Shown here piece by piece: positions 10,640 through 19,114 of a stretch of DNA of 64,000 nucleotides (the stretch's first letter is position 1; each line of letters starts with the position of its first letter). The stretch comes from Actinomycetota bacterium. Its GTDB lineage: Bacteria > Actinomycetota > Geothermincolia > Geothermincolales > RBG-13-55-18. The notes beneath the pieces were generated by a model, which ran no database searches, was not told the DNA's origin, and saw only the letters and a program-made list of their open reading frames with translations. The position numbers and the translations under genes were made by a program. The stretch is taken from contig JAQVFR010000013.1 in assembly GCA_028697145.1 (NCBI GenBank), positions 3,500 through 67,499 of the forward strand, given 5' to 3'.

Positions 10640-12718
10640 ATGGAGAGGTTCGAGATGGAAAATATCCGCAACGTAGCCCTGTTCGGGCACGGCGATTCCG
10701 GCAAGACATCCCTGGCAGAGGCTATGTTGTTCAACGCCGGCGTGATAAAGCGCATAGGCCGAGTGGACGAGGGCAATACCGTCAGCGATTTCGAGCCGGA
10801 CGAGCAGAAACGCGGCATCTCGGTCAGCGCGACGCCGCTGGTGATGGAGTGGAAGGGATACAAGATTAACCTGATCGACACCCCGGGTTTCGCCGACTTC
10901 ATCGGCGAGGTTACCTCCACCCTGAGGGTCATCGACGGCGCAATCTTCGTCATCTCCGCCGTCGCCGGCGTCGAGGTCCAGACGGAGCTGGTGTGGAAAA
11001 TGGCGGATTCGTACGGATACCCCCGCGTGGTGTTCGTTAACAAGATGGACCGCGAGAACGCCAGCTTCCAGCGCTGCCTCGAACAACTACAGTCACTCTA
11101 CGGGTCCAGAGCCGTTCCCTTTCAGCTGCCCATCGGCGAAGAGCACGATTTTCGCGGCATAGTTGACCTCATCGCCGTCAAGGCCTACGTCTACGGGGAT
11201 GACGGCACGGCGAAAGAGTCGGACATCCCCCCCGAGATGTCGGAGCAGGTGCAGGAGGCGCGGGAGAAGATCATCGAGGGGGCCGCCGAGGCCAGCGACG
11301 AACTCATGGAGAAATACCTGGAGGGAGAGGAGCTCGACGAAGCGGAGGTCCTCTCCGCTCTGCTCGGAGGAGTGTCCGAGGGCACCATCATCCCCGTCCT
11401 CTGCGGCAGCGCCACCCACAACGTCGCCGCCGAGCAGCTGGCCAATGCCATCGTGAACTACCTGCCGTCGCCCGCCCGCCTCGACGAGGTTCGCGGCACC
11501 AGGAAGGGGACCGATGAGGAGGTCTCCCTCAAGGCCAGCGAGGATTCACCCCTCGCGGCGCTGGTCTTCAGCACCATCTCCGACCCTTACGTGGGGAAAC
11601 TCACCTACTTCCGCGTTTTCTCCGGCACCCTGTCAGCGGACAGCACCGTCTATAATCCCAACCGCGACAAGGAGGAACGCATCGGCCAGGTCTTCATCGT
11701 GCGCGGAAAAAACCAGATAGTCGTGCGCGAGATACCCGCCGGAGACATGGGGGGAGTGGCCAAGCTCACCGATACCTCTACGGGTGACACTCTGTGCGAC
11801 AAGGACCGCCCCATCGTTCTGCCCGCCATCGAATTCCCCGAGCCCGTCATGTCGCTGGCTGTTGAGCCGAAGACCAAGGGCGACGAGGACAAGCTCTCCG
11901 TTGCGCTCTCGCGCCTGAGCGACGAGGACCCCACCTTCAACGTGCGCCGTGATACCGAGGTCAAACAGACCATAGTGTCCGGCATGGGAGAGGCGCACCT
12001 GGACATTATGATGGAGCGCATGGCGCGCAAGTTCGGCGTCAACGTCGGCACCGAACTGCCGCGGGTTCCCTACAAGGAGACTATCCGCAAGACCGCCAGG
12101 GCCGAAGGAAAGCACAAGAAACAGACCGGCGGCCATGGCCAATTCGGTATCGCCTGGCTCGAGCTGGAGCCGCTGGAGAGGGGATCCGGCTTCGAATTCG
12201 TGGACAAGATAGTGGGAGGCGTGATACCCAGGCAGTTCATCCCTTCCGTCGAGAAAGGGGTGCGCAAGGCCATGGAGGATGGTTACCTGGCCGGCTATCC
12301 CATAGTCGATTTCCGCGCCACCGTCTACGACGGCAAATATCATCCCGTCGACTCCTCCGATATCTCTTTCCAGATCGCGGGAAGCCTCGCGCTCAGGAGC
12401 GCCATGGATCAGGCCGACCCCTACCTGCTGGAACCTATCATGAACGTGGAGATAATGGTCCCCGAGGCGTATATGGGAGACGTGATAGGCGACCTCAACG
12501 CGAAGCGCGGCCGTATACTCGGCATGGAATCAGAGGGAGGGCTGCAGGTGGTGCGCGCCCAGGTGCCCATGGCGGAGATGCTGCGCTATTCCATCGACCT
12601 GAGGTCCATCACCGGAGGCAGGGGTACCTTCAGCATGACGCACTCCCATTACGAGGAGGTCCCCTCCCACATCGCCGCCAAGGTAATCGAGGCCTCTAAG
12701 GAGGAGAAAAAGGACTAG
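10640..12718 (+). CDS. elongation factor G paralog (EF-G2-like translational GTPase)
   Basis: 692 aa; G1 to G4 motifs (GHGDSGKT, DTPGFADF, NKMD) and EF-G domain II to V-like regions. The alternative start ATG at 10655 (MENIRNV) has a better SD. Confidence 0.85.
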   Translation: MERFEMENIRNVALFGHGDSGKTSLAEAMLFNAGVIKRIGRVDEGNTVSDFEPDEQKRGISVSATPLVMEWKGYKINLIDTPGFADFIGEVTSTLRVIDGAIFVISAVAGVEVQTELVWKMADSYGYPRVVFVNKMDRENASFQRCLEQLQSLYGSRAVPFQLPIGEEHDFRGIVDLIAVKAYVYGDDGTAKESDIPPEMSEQVQEAREKIIEGAAEASDELMEKYLEGEELDEAEVLSALLGGVSEGTIIPVLCGSATHNVAAEQLANAIVNYLPSPARLDEVRGTRKGTDEEVSLKASEDSPLAALVFSTISDPYVGKLTYFRVFSGTLSADSTVYNPNRDKEERIGQVFIVRGKNQIVVREIPAGDMGGVAKLTDTSTGDTLCDKDRPIVLPAIEFPEPVMSLAVEPKTKGDEDKLSVALSRLSDEDPTFNVRRDTEVKQTIVSGMGEAHLDIMMERMARKFGVNVGTELPRVPYKETIRKTARAEGKHKKQTGGHGQFGIAWLELEPLERGSGFEFVDKIVGGVIPRQFIPSVEKGVRKAMEDGYLAGYPIVDFRATVYDGKYHPVDSSDISFQIAGSLALRSAMDQADPYLLEPIMNVEIMVPEAYMGDVIGDLNAKRGRILGMESEGGLQVVRAQVPMAEMLRYSIDLRSITGGRGTFSMTHSHYEEVPSHIAAKVIEASKEEKKD

Positions 12719-13212
12719 CGGGGAAGCTCCCCCAAAGCCCTCAGCAACCTCTCATACGTCCCTTCGATGCTCTCGGGCATTACCTTGGATTCCCCCACCA
12801 CGGGCATGAAGTTCGTGTCGCCCTGCCAGCGGGGCACGATGTGAATGTGAACGTGTTCGTCGTACCCGGCTCCCGCGGGCTTACCCAGGTTTATCCCCAG
12901 GTTGAAGCCCTGGGGCTGCATCTCCACCTTGATGGCCTTGATCATCATCGTGGCAAGCCCCATCAGCTCTCCCAGTTCTCCCTCCTCGAGGGCCTCCAGC
13001 TCACCGACATGGCGGAAGGGGGCGACCATGACGTGGCCCGTATTGTATGGGTAGAGGTTCATGATCACGAAGGCGGTTGCTCCCCGGTGCAGGATAAGAG
13101 ATGCGCGATCGTCTCCGCAGCCAGGTTTGGTGCAGAATATGCAGCCCTCGTCACGGAAGCTCTCGATATTGCGCACGTATGCCCCCCTCCACGGCCTCCA
13201 CAGCCTCTCCAT
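12715..13212 (-). CDS. HIT family protein (histidine triad hydrolase/transferase)
   Basis: 165 aa; HVHIHIVPR histidine-triad motif. Overlaps the thrS stop by 1 nt. Confidence 0.8.
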   Translation of the reverse strand: MERLWRPWRGAYVRNIESFRDEGCIFCTKPGCGDDRASLILHRGATAFVIMNLYPYNTGHVMVAPFRHVGELEALEEGELGELMGLATMMIKAIKVEMQPQGFNLGINLGKPAGAGYDEHVHIHIVPRWQGDTNFMPVVGESKVMPESIEGTYERLLRALGELPR

Positions 13213-15134
13213 CAGCCCTCCCAGGCGCTCGAGGTGCTTCTCTCCCGCACCATGGCCAGGACGCGGGCCAGGAATTCCTCCAGGGGAACCCCCCGCTTCT
13301 CCACTCCCCCGCGGTCGCGCACGGACACCGCCCGTGCATCTATCTCCCTGTCCCCCACCACCAGGGTGAAGGGGACCTTCTGCATCTGGGCGCGGCGGAC
13401 CTTCATGTTGACCGTCTGGCGGTCATCGTCCACCTCGGCCCGCAGGCCTTCCTCACGCAGGACGCTCTCCACCTCGCGCGCGTAGTCCAGGTGCCTGTCC
13501 GCAATGGGGATGATCGTCGCCTGCAGCGGCGCAAGCCAGAGGGGGAGCTCGCCCGCATAGTGCTCCAGGAGCACCCCGTAGAACCGCTCTATGCCCGCCA
13601 GCACCACGCGGTGGATCATCACCGGCCGGTGCGGCTGGTTGTCTGGGCCGGTATAGGTGAGGTCGAACCTCTCCGGGTTATTGAAGTCCGCCTGGACCGT
13701 CGGCCCCTGCCAGGACCTGCCGATGGCGTCCTTGAGCTTGACGTCGATCTTGGGGCCGTAGAAAACGCCTTCCCCGGGATCCAACGTATAGGGGATGCCC
13801 ATGTCCTCGAGGGACCGCCCCAGGATGGCGGTGGCCTTCTCCCACAGCTCGTCGCTGCCGACGGCGTTCTTCGGGCGGGTGCTCAGGTAGACGTCGAAAT
13901 CCTCGAACCCGAAGGAACGAAGCGAAAAAAAGGCGAACTCCAGGCATTCCGCTACCTGCTCCTCCAACTGCTCCTCGGTGCAGATGATATGGGCGTCGTC
14001 CTGGGTGAATCCCCTCACCCGCATCAATCCGTGCAGCACCCCGGAACGCTCGTAGCGGTACACGGTGCCGAGCTCGAAGTACTTTATCGGCAGATCGCGG
14101 TAGCTGCGGGGCCGCGTCTTGTAGATGAGAAGGTGGCCGGGGCAGTTCATGGGCTTCACCACGTATTCCATCCCGTCCTTCTCGAAAAAGTACATGTTCT
14201 CCTTGTAGTAGTCCATGTGCCCGGAGATATGCCACAGCTGTCCCTTGAAGAGATGGGGCGTTACCACCATCTGGTAGCCCCTGCGCTTGTGCTCCTCTTT
14301 GAGGAAATCCTCGATGATCTCGCGCAGCACCGCCCCCCTGGGATGATAGAACACGACCCCCGGCCCGGCCTCCTCGTGGAAGCTGAAGAGGTCAAGCTCC
14401 CTGCCCAGGCGGCGGTGGTCGCGCCTCTCCGCCTCCTCCAGGAAATGCAGGTAAGCCTCGAGCTCGGACCTCTCATCGAAGGCGGTGCCGTAGACGCGCT
14501 GCAGCATGGGTCGATGCTCGTCCCCCCGCCAGTAGGCACCCGCGAGGTTGAGCAGCTTGAAATGGCGCAGCCTTCCCGTCGAGGGGAGGTGCGGACCGCG
14601 GCACAAGTCCACGAATTCGCCCTGGCGGTACACGGTTACAGTGTCGTCCTCGATCTCCTCCAGGATCTCGACCTTGTAGTCCTGCCCCCGCTCGCGGAAG
14701 AAATCAATCGCCTGCCGCCGCGCCCATTCCTCCCGCACCATGGGCAAGTCCCTCTCCACTATCTCGGCCATACGCTCCTCGATGCGAGGGAGATCGTCAG
14801 GCGTCAGGCTGGTCTCCAGGTCGAAATCATAGTAGAAACCGTCAGCTATGGAAGGGCCGATGGCCAGTTTTGTCCCTGCAAACAGCTCCGTCACCGCCTG
14901 CGCCATGACGTGCGAGGCGGAGTGGCGGTATACCTCCTTCGCCCCCTCGTCCCCCCAGGCCACTGTCTCCAGCTCGCCCTCCTCGAGCGGCGCGGTGAGG
15001 TCGACGAGACGGCCGTTGAGGCGCGCCGCAACAGCCTCCTCGGCCTCAGCCGGTCTCGTCTCCCGCAATAATGCGAGTATGCTCTTCCGGGATGAGGGAT
15101 CGCCAGCGGTCGATGCTCCTATGGTTATCTTCAA
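13212..15134 (-). CDS. thrS: threonine--tRNA ligase
   Basis: 640 aa; TGS-like N-terminus, editing domain and class II core motifs (HRPVMIHRVVLAGIERF), and a C-terminal anticodon-binding domain. Confidence 0.95.
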   Translation of the reverse strand: MKITIGASTAGDPSSRKSILALLRETRPAEAEEAVAARLNGRLVDLTAPLEEGELETVAWGDEGAKEVYRHSASHVMAQAVTELFAGTKLAIGPSIADGFYYDFDLETSLTPDDLPRIEERMAEIVERDLPMVREEWARRQAIDFFRERGQDYKVEILEEIEDDTVTVYRQGEFVDLCRGPHLPSTGRLRHFKLLNLAGAYWRGDEHRPMLQRVYGTAFDERSELEAYLHFLEEAERRDHRRLGRELDLFSFHEEAGPGVVFYHPRGAVLREIIEDFLKEEHKRRGYQMVVTPHLFKGQLWHISGHMDYYKENMYFFEKDGMEYVVKPMNCPGHLLIYKTRPRSYRDLPIKYFELGTVYRYERSGVLHGLMRVRGFTQDDAHIICTEEQLEEQVAECLEFAFFSLRSFGFEDFDVYLSTRPKNAVGSDELWEKATAILGRSLEDMGIPYTLDPGEGVFYGPKIDVKLKDAIGRSWQGPTVQADFNNPERFDLTYTGPDNQPHRPVMIHRVVLAGIERFYGVLLEHYAGELPLWLAPLQATIIPIADRHLDYAREVESVLREEGLRAEVDDDRQTVNMKVRRAQMQKVPFTLVVGDREIDARAVSVRDRGGVEKRGVPLEEFLARVLAMVRERSTSSAWEG

Positions 15135-15718
15135 TTTCCCCCCCGCAAGGCTTCCAACACGATCTCCAGCTCCACGTCCTCGAGGTACGTCACGGGCCCC
15201 TCGCCGATCAGCCTGGACATCAGGCGCAGGTCGTTGCCGCCGGCGCGCAGCTCATCGCCCAGGAGGGAGATGAGCTTCATGGCATAGGTTATCGCATCGC
15301 GGCCGCGTGCGTTGATGCAGGGCTTGAGGCCTCTCACCAGTCGGTCCGATAGGACCCGCATCACGGCCACGCCGTCTGATGCCGGGGTTATCGTGATGCT
15401 CTCTTCCCCGCCGCTTCCCGAGACCCCTTCCCTCAGGGCCCGCGCCTCACGCTCCAGTCTCTCCACTTCCTCCTCGGAGACCATCAAAGCCTCCAGGTCC
15501 TCGAAGACGAATCCGCAGCGAAGGCAGAACTGGCAATCCAGGGGGCTCATCTCACCACAGCTCGGGCAGCGCAGTCTCGATCCCTGGTGTTCCTCGCGCA
15601 TGGCGTCGGCCGCTTCGTCCACACGTGATGACCTCAGGCGAACCTCGAATCTCGCGTAACACAGGGAGCAGAATTCGGCATCCTCCGCGTTCTCCGCCTG
15701 GCACTTGGGACACTTCAT
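15131..15718 (-). CDS. double zinc-ribbon domain protein, function unknown
   Basis: Two CPxC...CxxC knuckle pairs (CPKCQ...CSLC; CPSCG...CLRC) followed by an acidic/helical C-terminal part. Start placed at the second ATG (MKCPKC) because GGAGG lies 8 nt upstream; the ORF-track start is 15748. 4-nt overlap with thrS. Confidence 0.6.
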   Translation of the reverse strand: MKCPKCQAENAEDAEFCSLCYARFEVRLRSSRVDEAADAMREEHQGSRLRCPSCGEMSPLDCQFCLRCGFVFEDLEALMVSEEEVERLEREARALREGVSGSGGEESITITPASDGVAVMRVLSDRLVRGLKPCINARGRDAITYAMKLISLLGDELRAGGNDLRLMSRLIGEGPVTYLEDVELEIVLEALRGGN

Positions 15719-15898
15719 CGCATACCTCCGGCTGATACCCTGTTGCATGCCATAAAAAGGATTCCTTCTTTGAAAACTCCCCTTAAAACATCGCGCGGCC
15801 CCGCGGCGGAAAAACGGTCCCCCGCGTCGCCGCGCTTCCTGCCCGAGATCAAGGGAGCCTCCAGCTTGTATTGTCCAAGACCCATCGGGCCTTGAGGC

Positions 15899-15974
15899 GT
15901 GGTGGGCGCGGAGGGGATTGAACCCACGACCTCTTCCGCGTCAAGGAAGCGCTCTCCCACTGAGCTACGCGCCC
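15899..15974 (-). tRNA. tRNA-Val (anticodon GAC)
   Basis: Manual fold of the reverse complement: acceptor GGGCGCG/CGCGCCC, D-arm GCTCAGTGGGAGAGC, anticodon stem CTTCC/GGAAG with loop TTGACGC, T-loop TTCAATC, encoded CCA. One T.T mismatch in the T-stem. Confidence 0.75.
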
Positions 15975-16093
15975 GTACCGCTAATATTGTGTGCGATTTC
16001 AGACCATTACGCAACACTATCACATCACCGCGAACGTTCTCAAAACAATCCCTCAGGATGCCGATTGAGATTAACATGAGGGAGGACTTTTAC

Positions 16094-17104
16094 ATGGACA
16101 TATATGACCGCATGTCCCGCAACCGCAAGCGCCTGGTCCTGGCGGCAGCGGCATTCTGTCTTGCTTTGATGGCCTTTTCCGGGCTGGTCGTCATCCTGCT
16201 CCGAGAGGTATTCCGCGTCCCCCTCGATCCCTGGCTGCTGTGGGCCATGTTCTGGCTCCTCTGCCTGCTCTACGTCCTTATCCGCTATGCCCTTGGCGGC
16301 ATGTGGGTGCTGAAGGGGATTAAGATCCTCCCTTCCTGGAAAGTCGACAGGCGCCTCGAGGACGCCCTCATGGCAGCCTGCCTGGCCTCGGGGAGTGCGG
16401 ATCGCATGCGCCTGTTCGAGATCCCCGACGACGACATCAACTCTTTCTCGCTCTCCCTGCCGGACGGGACCTTCGCCCTCTTCGCGACCAGCGGCATCGC
16501 GTCCAAGCTTCCTCACGACGAGCGCGTCGCCGTCTTCGCGCACGAGATCGCCCACATGCAGGCCGGGGACACGACCATCTATACCATCATGATCCGCCTG
16601 GCGGGGACAAGGTCCCTGAGAAGAATGGTGGGAGGGCTTCCGGGCGCCACCCGCGATCCCGTCAAGTCCTTGAACGTTTCCATATTCACTTTCCTGCTTG
16701 CGGCGGCGGCGATTTTGCTCGTCGTCGGGTCCACGAGGGATCCCGGGCAAGGTGCATCTTCCGGAAGCGGTTTCTGGTTCACCCTCGCGGTCATCTTCCT
16801 CGCCCTGCTGGCGATCCTCCCCATCATCGCCAACACCCTGCTGAGGCTGGTGCTGGACAGAAACAGGGAGTACAGCGCCGACATGCACGCGGTCTATATC
16901 ATGCGCGACCCCGCAGCCGTCTACGGGGCGGTCAAGGAGGCGGCGGAGGACGTACGCGACGTCATCCTGCTGCCGGCCTGTTTCGACGCCCTGCTCTTCC
17001 ATCCCGTCGTCGATTATTCCTCGTACAGGCCCTTCCGCACCCAGCCCGCCATGTCGCAACGCATGGCGCGCCTGAGCGCAGCCTTTCCCATCATCACCGT
17101 CTGA
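16094..17104 (+). CDS. M48 family zinc metallopeptidase (HtpX-like), membrane
   Basis: HEIAHMQAGD (HExxH) motif and several hydrophobic segments. Start chosen at the ATG with GGGAGG 9 nt upstream; the ORF-track start lies inside the tRNA-Val gene and is not credible. Confidence 0.8.
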   Translation: MDIYDRMSRNRKRLVLAAAAFCLALMAFSGLVVILLREVFRVPLDPWLLWAMFWLLCLLYVLIRYALGGMWVLKGIKILPSWKVDRRLEDALMAACLASGSADRMRLFEIPDDDINSFSLSLPDGTFALFATSGIASKLPHDERVAVFAHEIAHMQAGDTTIYTIMIRLAGTRSLRRMVGGLPGATRDPVKSLNVSIFTFLLAAAAILLVVGSTRDPGQGASSGSGFWFTLAVIFLALLAILPIIANTLLRLVLDRNREYSADMHAVYIMRDPAAVYGAVKEAAEDVRDVILLPACFDALLFHPVVDYSSYRPFRTQPAMSQRMARLSAAFPIITV

Positions 17105-17113
17105 GCCTCAAAT

Positions 17114-17140
17114 GGAGAGGCCCTCCGTAGAGGGCCTTCG
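17114..17140. terminator. GC-rich hairpin between the M48 peptidase gene and tRNA-Cys (possible bidirectional terminator/processing site)
   Basis: AGGCCCTC-CGTA-GAGGGCCT perfect 8-bp stem with 4-nt loop. No strong U-tract on either side. Confidence 0.45.
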
Positions 17141-17147
17141 TCGCTGC

Positions 17148-17221
17148 TGGAGGCGGCGACCGGATTTGAACCGGTGATCAAGGTTTTGCAGACCTTTGCC
17201 TTACCACTTGGCCACGCCGCC
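17148..17221 (-). tRNA. tRNA-Cys (anticodon GCA)
   Basis: Manual fold: acceptor GGCGGCG/CGCCGCC, anticodon stem AAGGT/ACCTT with loop CTGCAAA, T-arm ACCGG-TTCAAAT-CCGGT, encoded CCA. Confidence 0.9.
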
Positions 17222-17284
17222 TCATAACCGCCGCGGCCTGAACCGCCGCAAAAAGGTAGACGACGGGTCGCCTACCTGTAGTCC

Positions 17285-17360
17285 TGGAGCGGAAGACGGG
17301 ATTCGAACCCGCGACCCTCACCTTGGCAAGGTGATGCTCTACCAACTGAGCCACTTCCGC
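17285..17360 (-). tRNA. tRNA-Gly (anticodon GCC)
   Basis: Manual fold: acceptor GCGGAAG/CTTCCGC, anticodon stem TCACC/GGTGA with loop TTGCCAA, T-arm GCGGG-TTCGAAT-CCCGT, encoded CCA. Confidence 0.9.
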
Positions 17361-17416
17361 CCGTCTCACAACTCAAGATTCTAGCATCGCCCGTCGCGTT
17401 GCTCAAGGGCGCCGCC

Positions 17417-17782
17417 CTATCTCCTCGCCTCCTTCTGCAGTACCTTGCTGACGATGATCAGCCTGCTGGCCCTGTCTTTGAGGGCCCGCTTGAAATCGAT
17501 GACCATCTTCTCGAAATCCGGCTCGGGCTTGTAGGCGTAGATGGTCTCTGCGCCGTCGCCCGCCCTGTATTCGTAAGAGAGTATGCCCTTCGCTGCCATC
17601 CTCTCGAGGTATGGTTCGATGTCGGAGCCCAGCCTGCCTATACTCATGGCGATGCTGGAGGGTGAGCCCACGGTATAGGGGTTCTCATGGAAAAACAGGA
17701 TGAGATCCCAGGTGATGAAGGAATCCACGTATTCCTCTACGAAGGCTCCTACTTGCTGGTCAAGGTTATCGAAATCAAGCAT
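17417..17782 (-). CDS. hypothetical protein, possibly a winged-helix-like small regulator; last gene of the KaiC-like module
   Basis: 121 aa; no recognisable catalytic motif. Central segment SIGRLGSDIEPYLERMAAKGILSYEYRAGDG resembles wHTH recognition helix plus wing. 28 nt downstream of the KaiC-like gene. Confidence 0.5.
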   Translation of the reverse strand: MLDFDNLDQQVGAFVEEYVDSFITWDLILFFHENPYTVGSPSSIAMSIGRLGSDIEPYLERMAAKGILSYEYRAGDGAETIYAYKPEPDFEKMVIDFKRALKDRASRLIIVSKVLQKEARR

Positions 17783-17810
17783 CGCAGGATCACACCTCGT
17801 TATCTTCTCT

Positions 17811-18608
17811 CTATTTGAAGAACTCCTCGGCCTTCTTGAGACGGCGCGTCACGTAGGGATTGCCGCTCAATATCCCCTCCCGGCCCTCGAAAGAGGCCTT
17901 GATCTCTATCCCGGAGGGCGTGATGAGCATGCGGCGTATGCTCTTGTCGTGGTCCGATGCCCGGTGCTTGAGCACCAACAGCGCCCGCTCGATACTCGAG
18001 CTTATCTCCACATAACGCAACTGGATTATCGTATCCACGATATATGAGAGGCCGGCCTCGGCCACCGACATATTCCCGGTGATGAAAGCGTCTTCCTGGG
18101 TGACGATTGCGGTGATATCGTAACGCAGCAACCCGTTGAGGAAGGTGTAAATTATCTCGCGCAGCTGCACGGGCTCCTGGGTGATGCGTTCAAGCTGCGT
18201 CATGGAGTCCACGAAGACCCTCTTCGCCGAGATCTCCTCAATGGTGCGGTCGAAGATGCCGCCGGGTTGCTGTATCTCGCGCAGGAACACGGCCGGAGTC
18301 GTGAATATGGTGCGCAGCTTGTCCTCGCGCTCGTAAGCGCGCAGGTCGAAACCTATCGATATGGCGTCGCGGTAGAGCTGGCGGGGGAACTCCTCGAAGG
18401 TTATGATCAGGCCCGGCTCGCCGTGCTCGAGGATGCCGCGCGACACGTATTCCATCCCGATGCAGCTCTTGCCCGTACCCGGCGCGCCCTTCACGACCGC
18501 GATGGAATTGAACAAAAGGCCACCGCCCAGCATTTCGTCCAGCCCGGTAATGCCCGTGGGTACCCTCGAAGAGTTGCTCCTGTTGCCGGTTGCGTCTCCC
18601 ATGCCCAT
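17811..18608 (-). CDS. KaiC-like / RecA-superfamily ATPase (single KaiC domain)
   Basis: GITGLDEMLGGGL...GAPGTGKS Walker A context, Walker B-like IITFEE, and a size typical of one KaiC/RadA-like domain. Start at the ATG with AGGAG 7 nt upstream; the ORF-track TTG is at 18614. Confidence 0.8.
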   Translation of the reverse strand: MGMGDATGNRSNSSRVPTGITGLDEMLGGGLLFNSIAVVKGAPGTGKSCIGMEYVSRGILEHGEPGLIITFEEFPRQLYRDAISIGFDLRAYEREDKLRTIFTTPAVFLREIQQPGGIFDRTIEEISAKRVFVDSMTQLERITQEPVQLREIIYTFLNGLLRYDITAIVTQEDAFITGNMSVAEAGLSYIVDTIIQLRYVEISSSIERALLVLKHRASDHDKSIRRMLITPSGIEIKASFEGREGILSGNPYVTRRLKKAEEFFK

Positions 18609-18748
18609 TCGCAAACTCCTTGTCTCTTTGCTTCAATCCATTTTACAACATTCGCCGCTGGCGCATGTATAGCCTCCGTCTCCCTGCAAAAAGGTGTCGG
18701 GGCGGCCTTGGCCGCCCCGACCGGTTGAAGGACGAGATGCGATGAGGC

Positions 18749-18955
18749 TTATCCGTGCAGAAAACAGCGATGGCAGAAGGAATCGTCTATGTCCTTCCCC
18801 ATCTTGCCGCAATATGCCTTGAAACCCCTCAACTCGAGTGATTCTCCGTCTATGATCTCGCGCAGGACGTGCAGCCTGTCACACCAGAAGAAATCGTCCA
18901 GGCTCAATTCGGCTCGATCCTTCACAGCCATCACCTCGTTTCTATTGTTAAACAT
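18749..18955 (-). CDS. small Cys/His-rich hypothetical protein (68 aa)
   Basis: Cys at positions 25, 49, 61 and 64, ending FCHRCFLHG. ATG lies inside the palindromic operator. No SD, so possibly a short or leaderless mRNA. Confidence 0.45.
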   Translation of the reverse strand: MFNNRNEVMAVKDRAELSLDDFFWCDRLHVLREIIDGESLELRGFKAYCGKMGKDIDDSFCHRCFLHG

Positions 18956-19012
18956 TTATATTAATTTTTAACAATATTAACATTAGTATAATCAAATAAC
19001 GTTATTTGTCAA
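18944..19012 (-). promoter_or_regulatory. sigma70-like promoter (-35 TTGACA, -10 TATACT) with a 9-bp inverted-repeat operator downstream, driving the minus-strand Cys-rich/KaiC-like operon
   Basis: On the minus strand TTGACA (19012..19007), a 16-nt spacer, then TATACT (18990..18985). Perfect inverted repeat ATTGTTAAA-N14-TTTAACAAT at 18944..18975 overlaps the start codon at 18955. Local AT content far above the genome background. Confidence 0.5.
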
Positions 19013-19054
19013 CCCCTGGCGCGCTGAAAGCAAAACCCCTTATGACGGGATCGC

Positions 19055-19084
19055 TTGAAGCCGATTTTTCATTTCGCATATAAT
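19055..19084 (+). promoter_or_regulatory. divergent sigma70-like promoter for the acyl-CoA synthetase gene
   Basis: TTGAAG, an 18-nt spacer, then TATAAT (19079..19084); SD AAGGAGGG at 19102..19109; ATG at 19115. Confidence 0.45.
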
Positions 19085-19114
19085 CAAACCCAGATCGATC
19101 CAAGGAGGGTTTTT

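Noticed and set aside
15749-15898. Possible T-box leader for thrS between tRNA-Val and the zinc-ribbon ORF
   Set aside because: Only a weak GGGGGACCG resemblance to the T-box sequence. The 150-nt spacer is too short for stem I/specifier/antiterminator architecture, and thrS is separated from it by the zinc-ribbon ORF.
15715-16077. 120-aa minus-strand ORF and the 5' part of the 401-aa plus ORF (15899..16093)
   Set aside because: Both run straight through the tRNA-Val gene. The M48 peptidase start was moved to the SD-backed ATG at 16094.
17178-17384. Two about 62-aa ORFs (one per strand)
   Set aside because: They overlap the tRNA-Cys and tRNA-Gly genes. tRNA structure fully explains the sequence.
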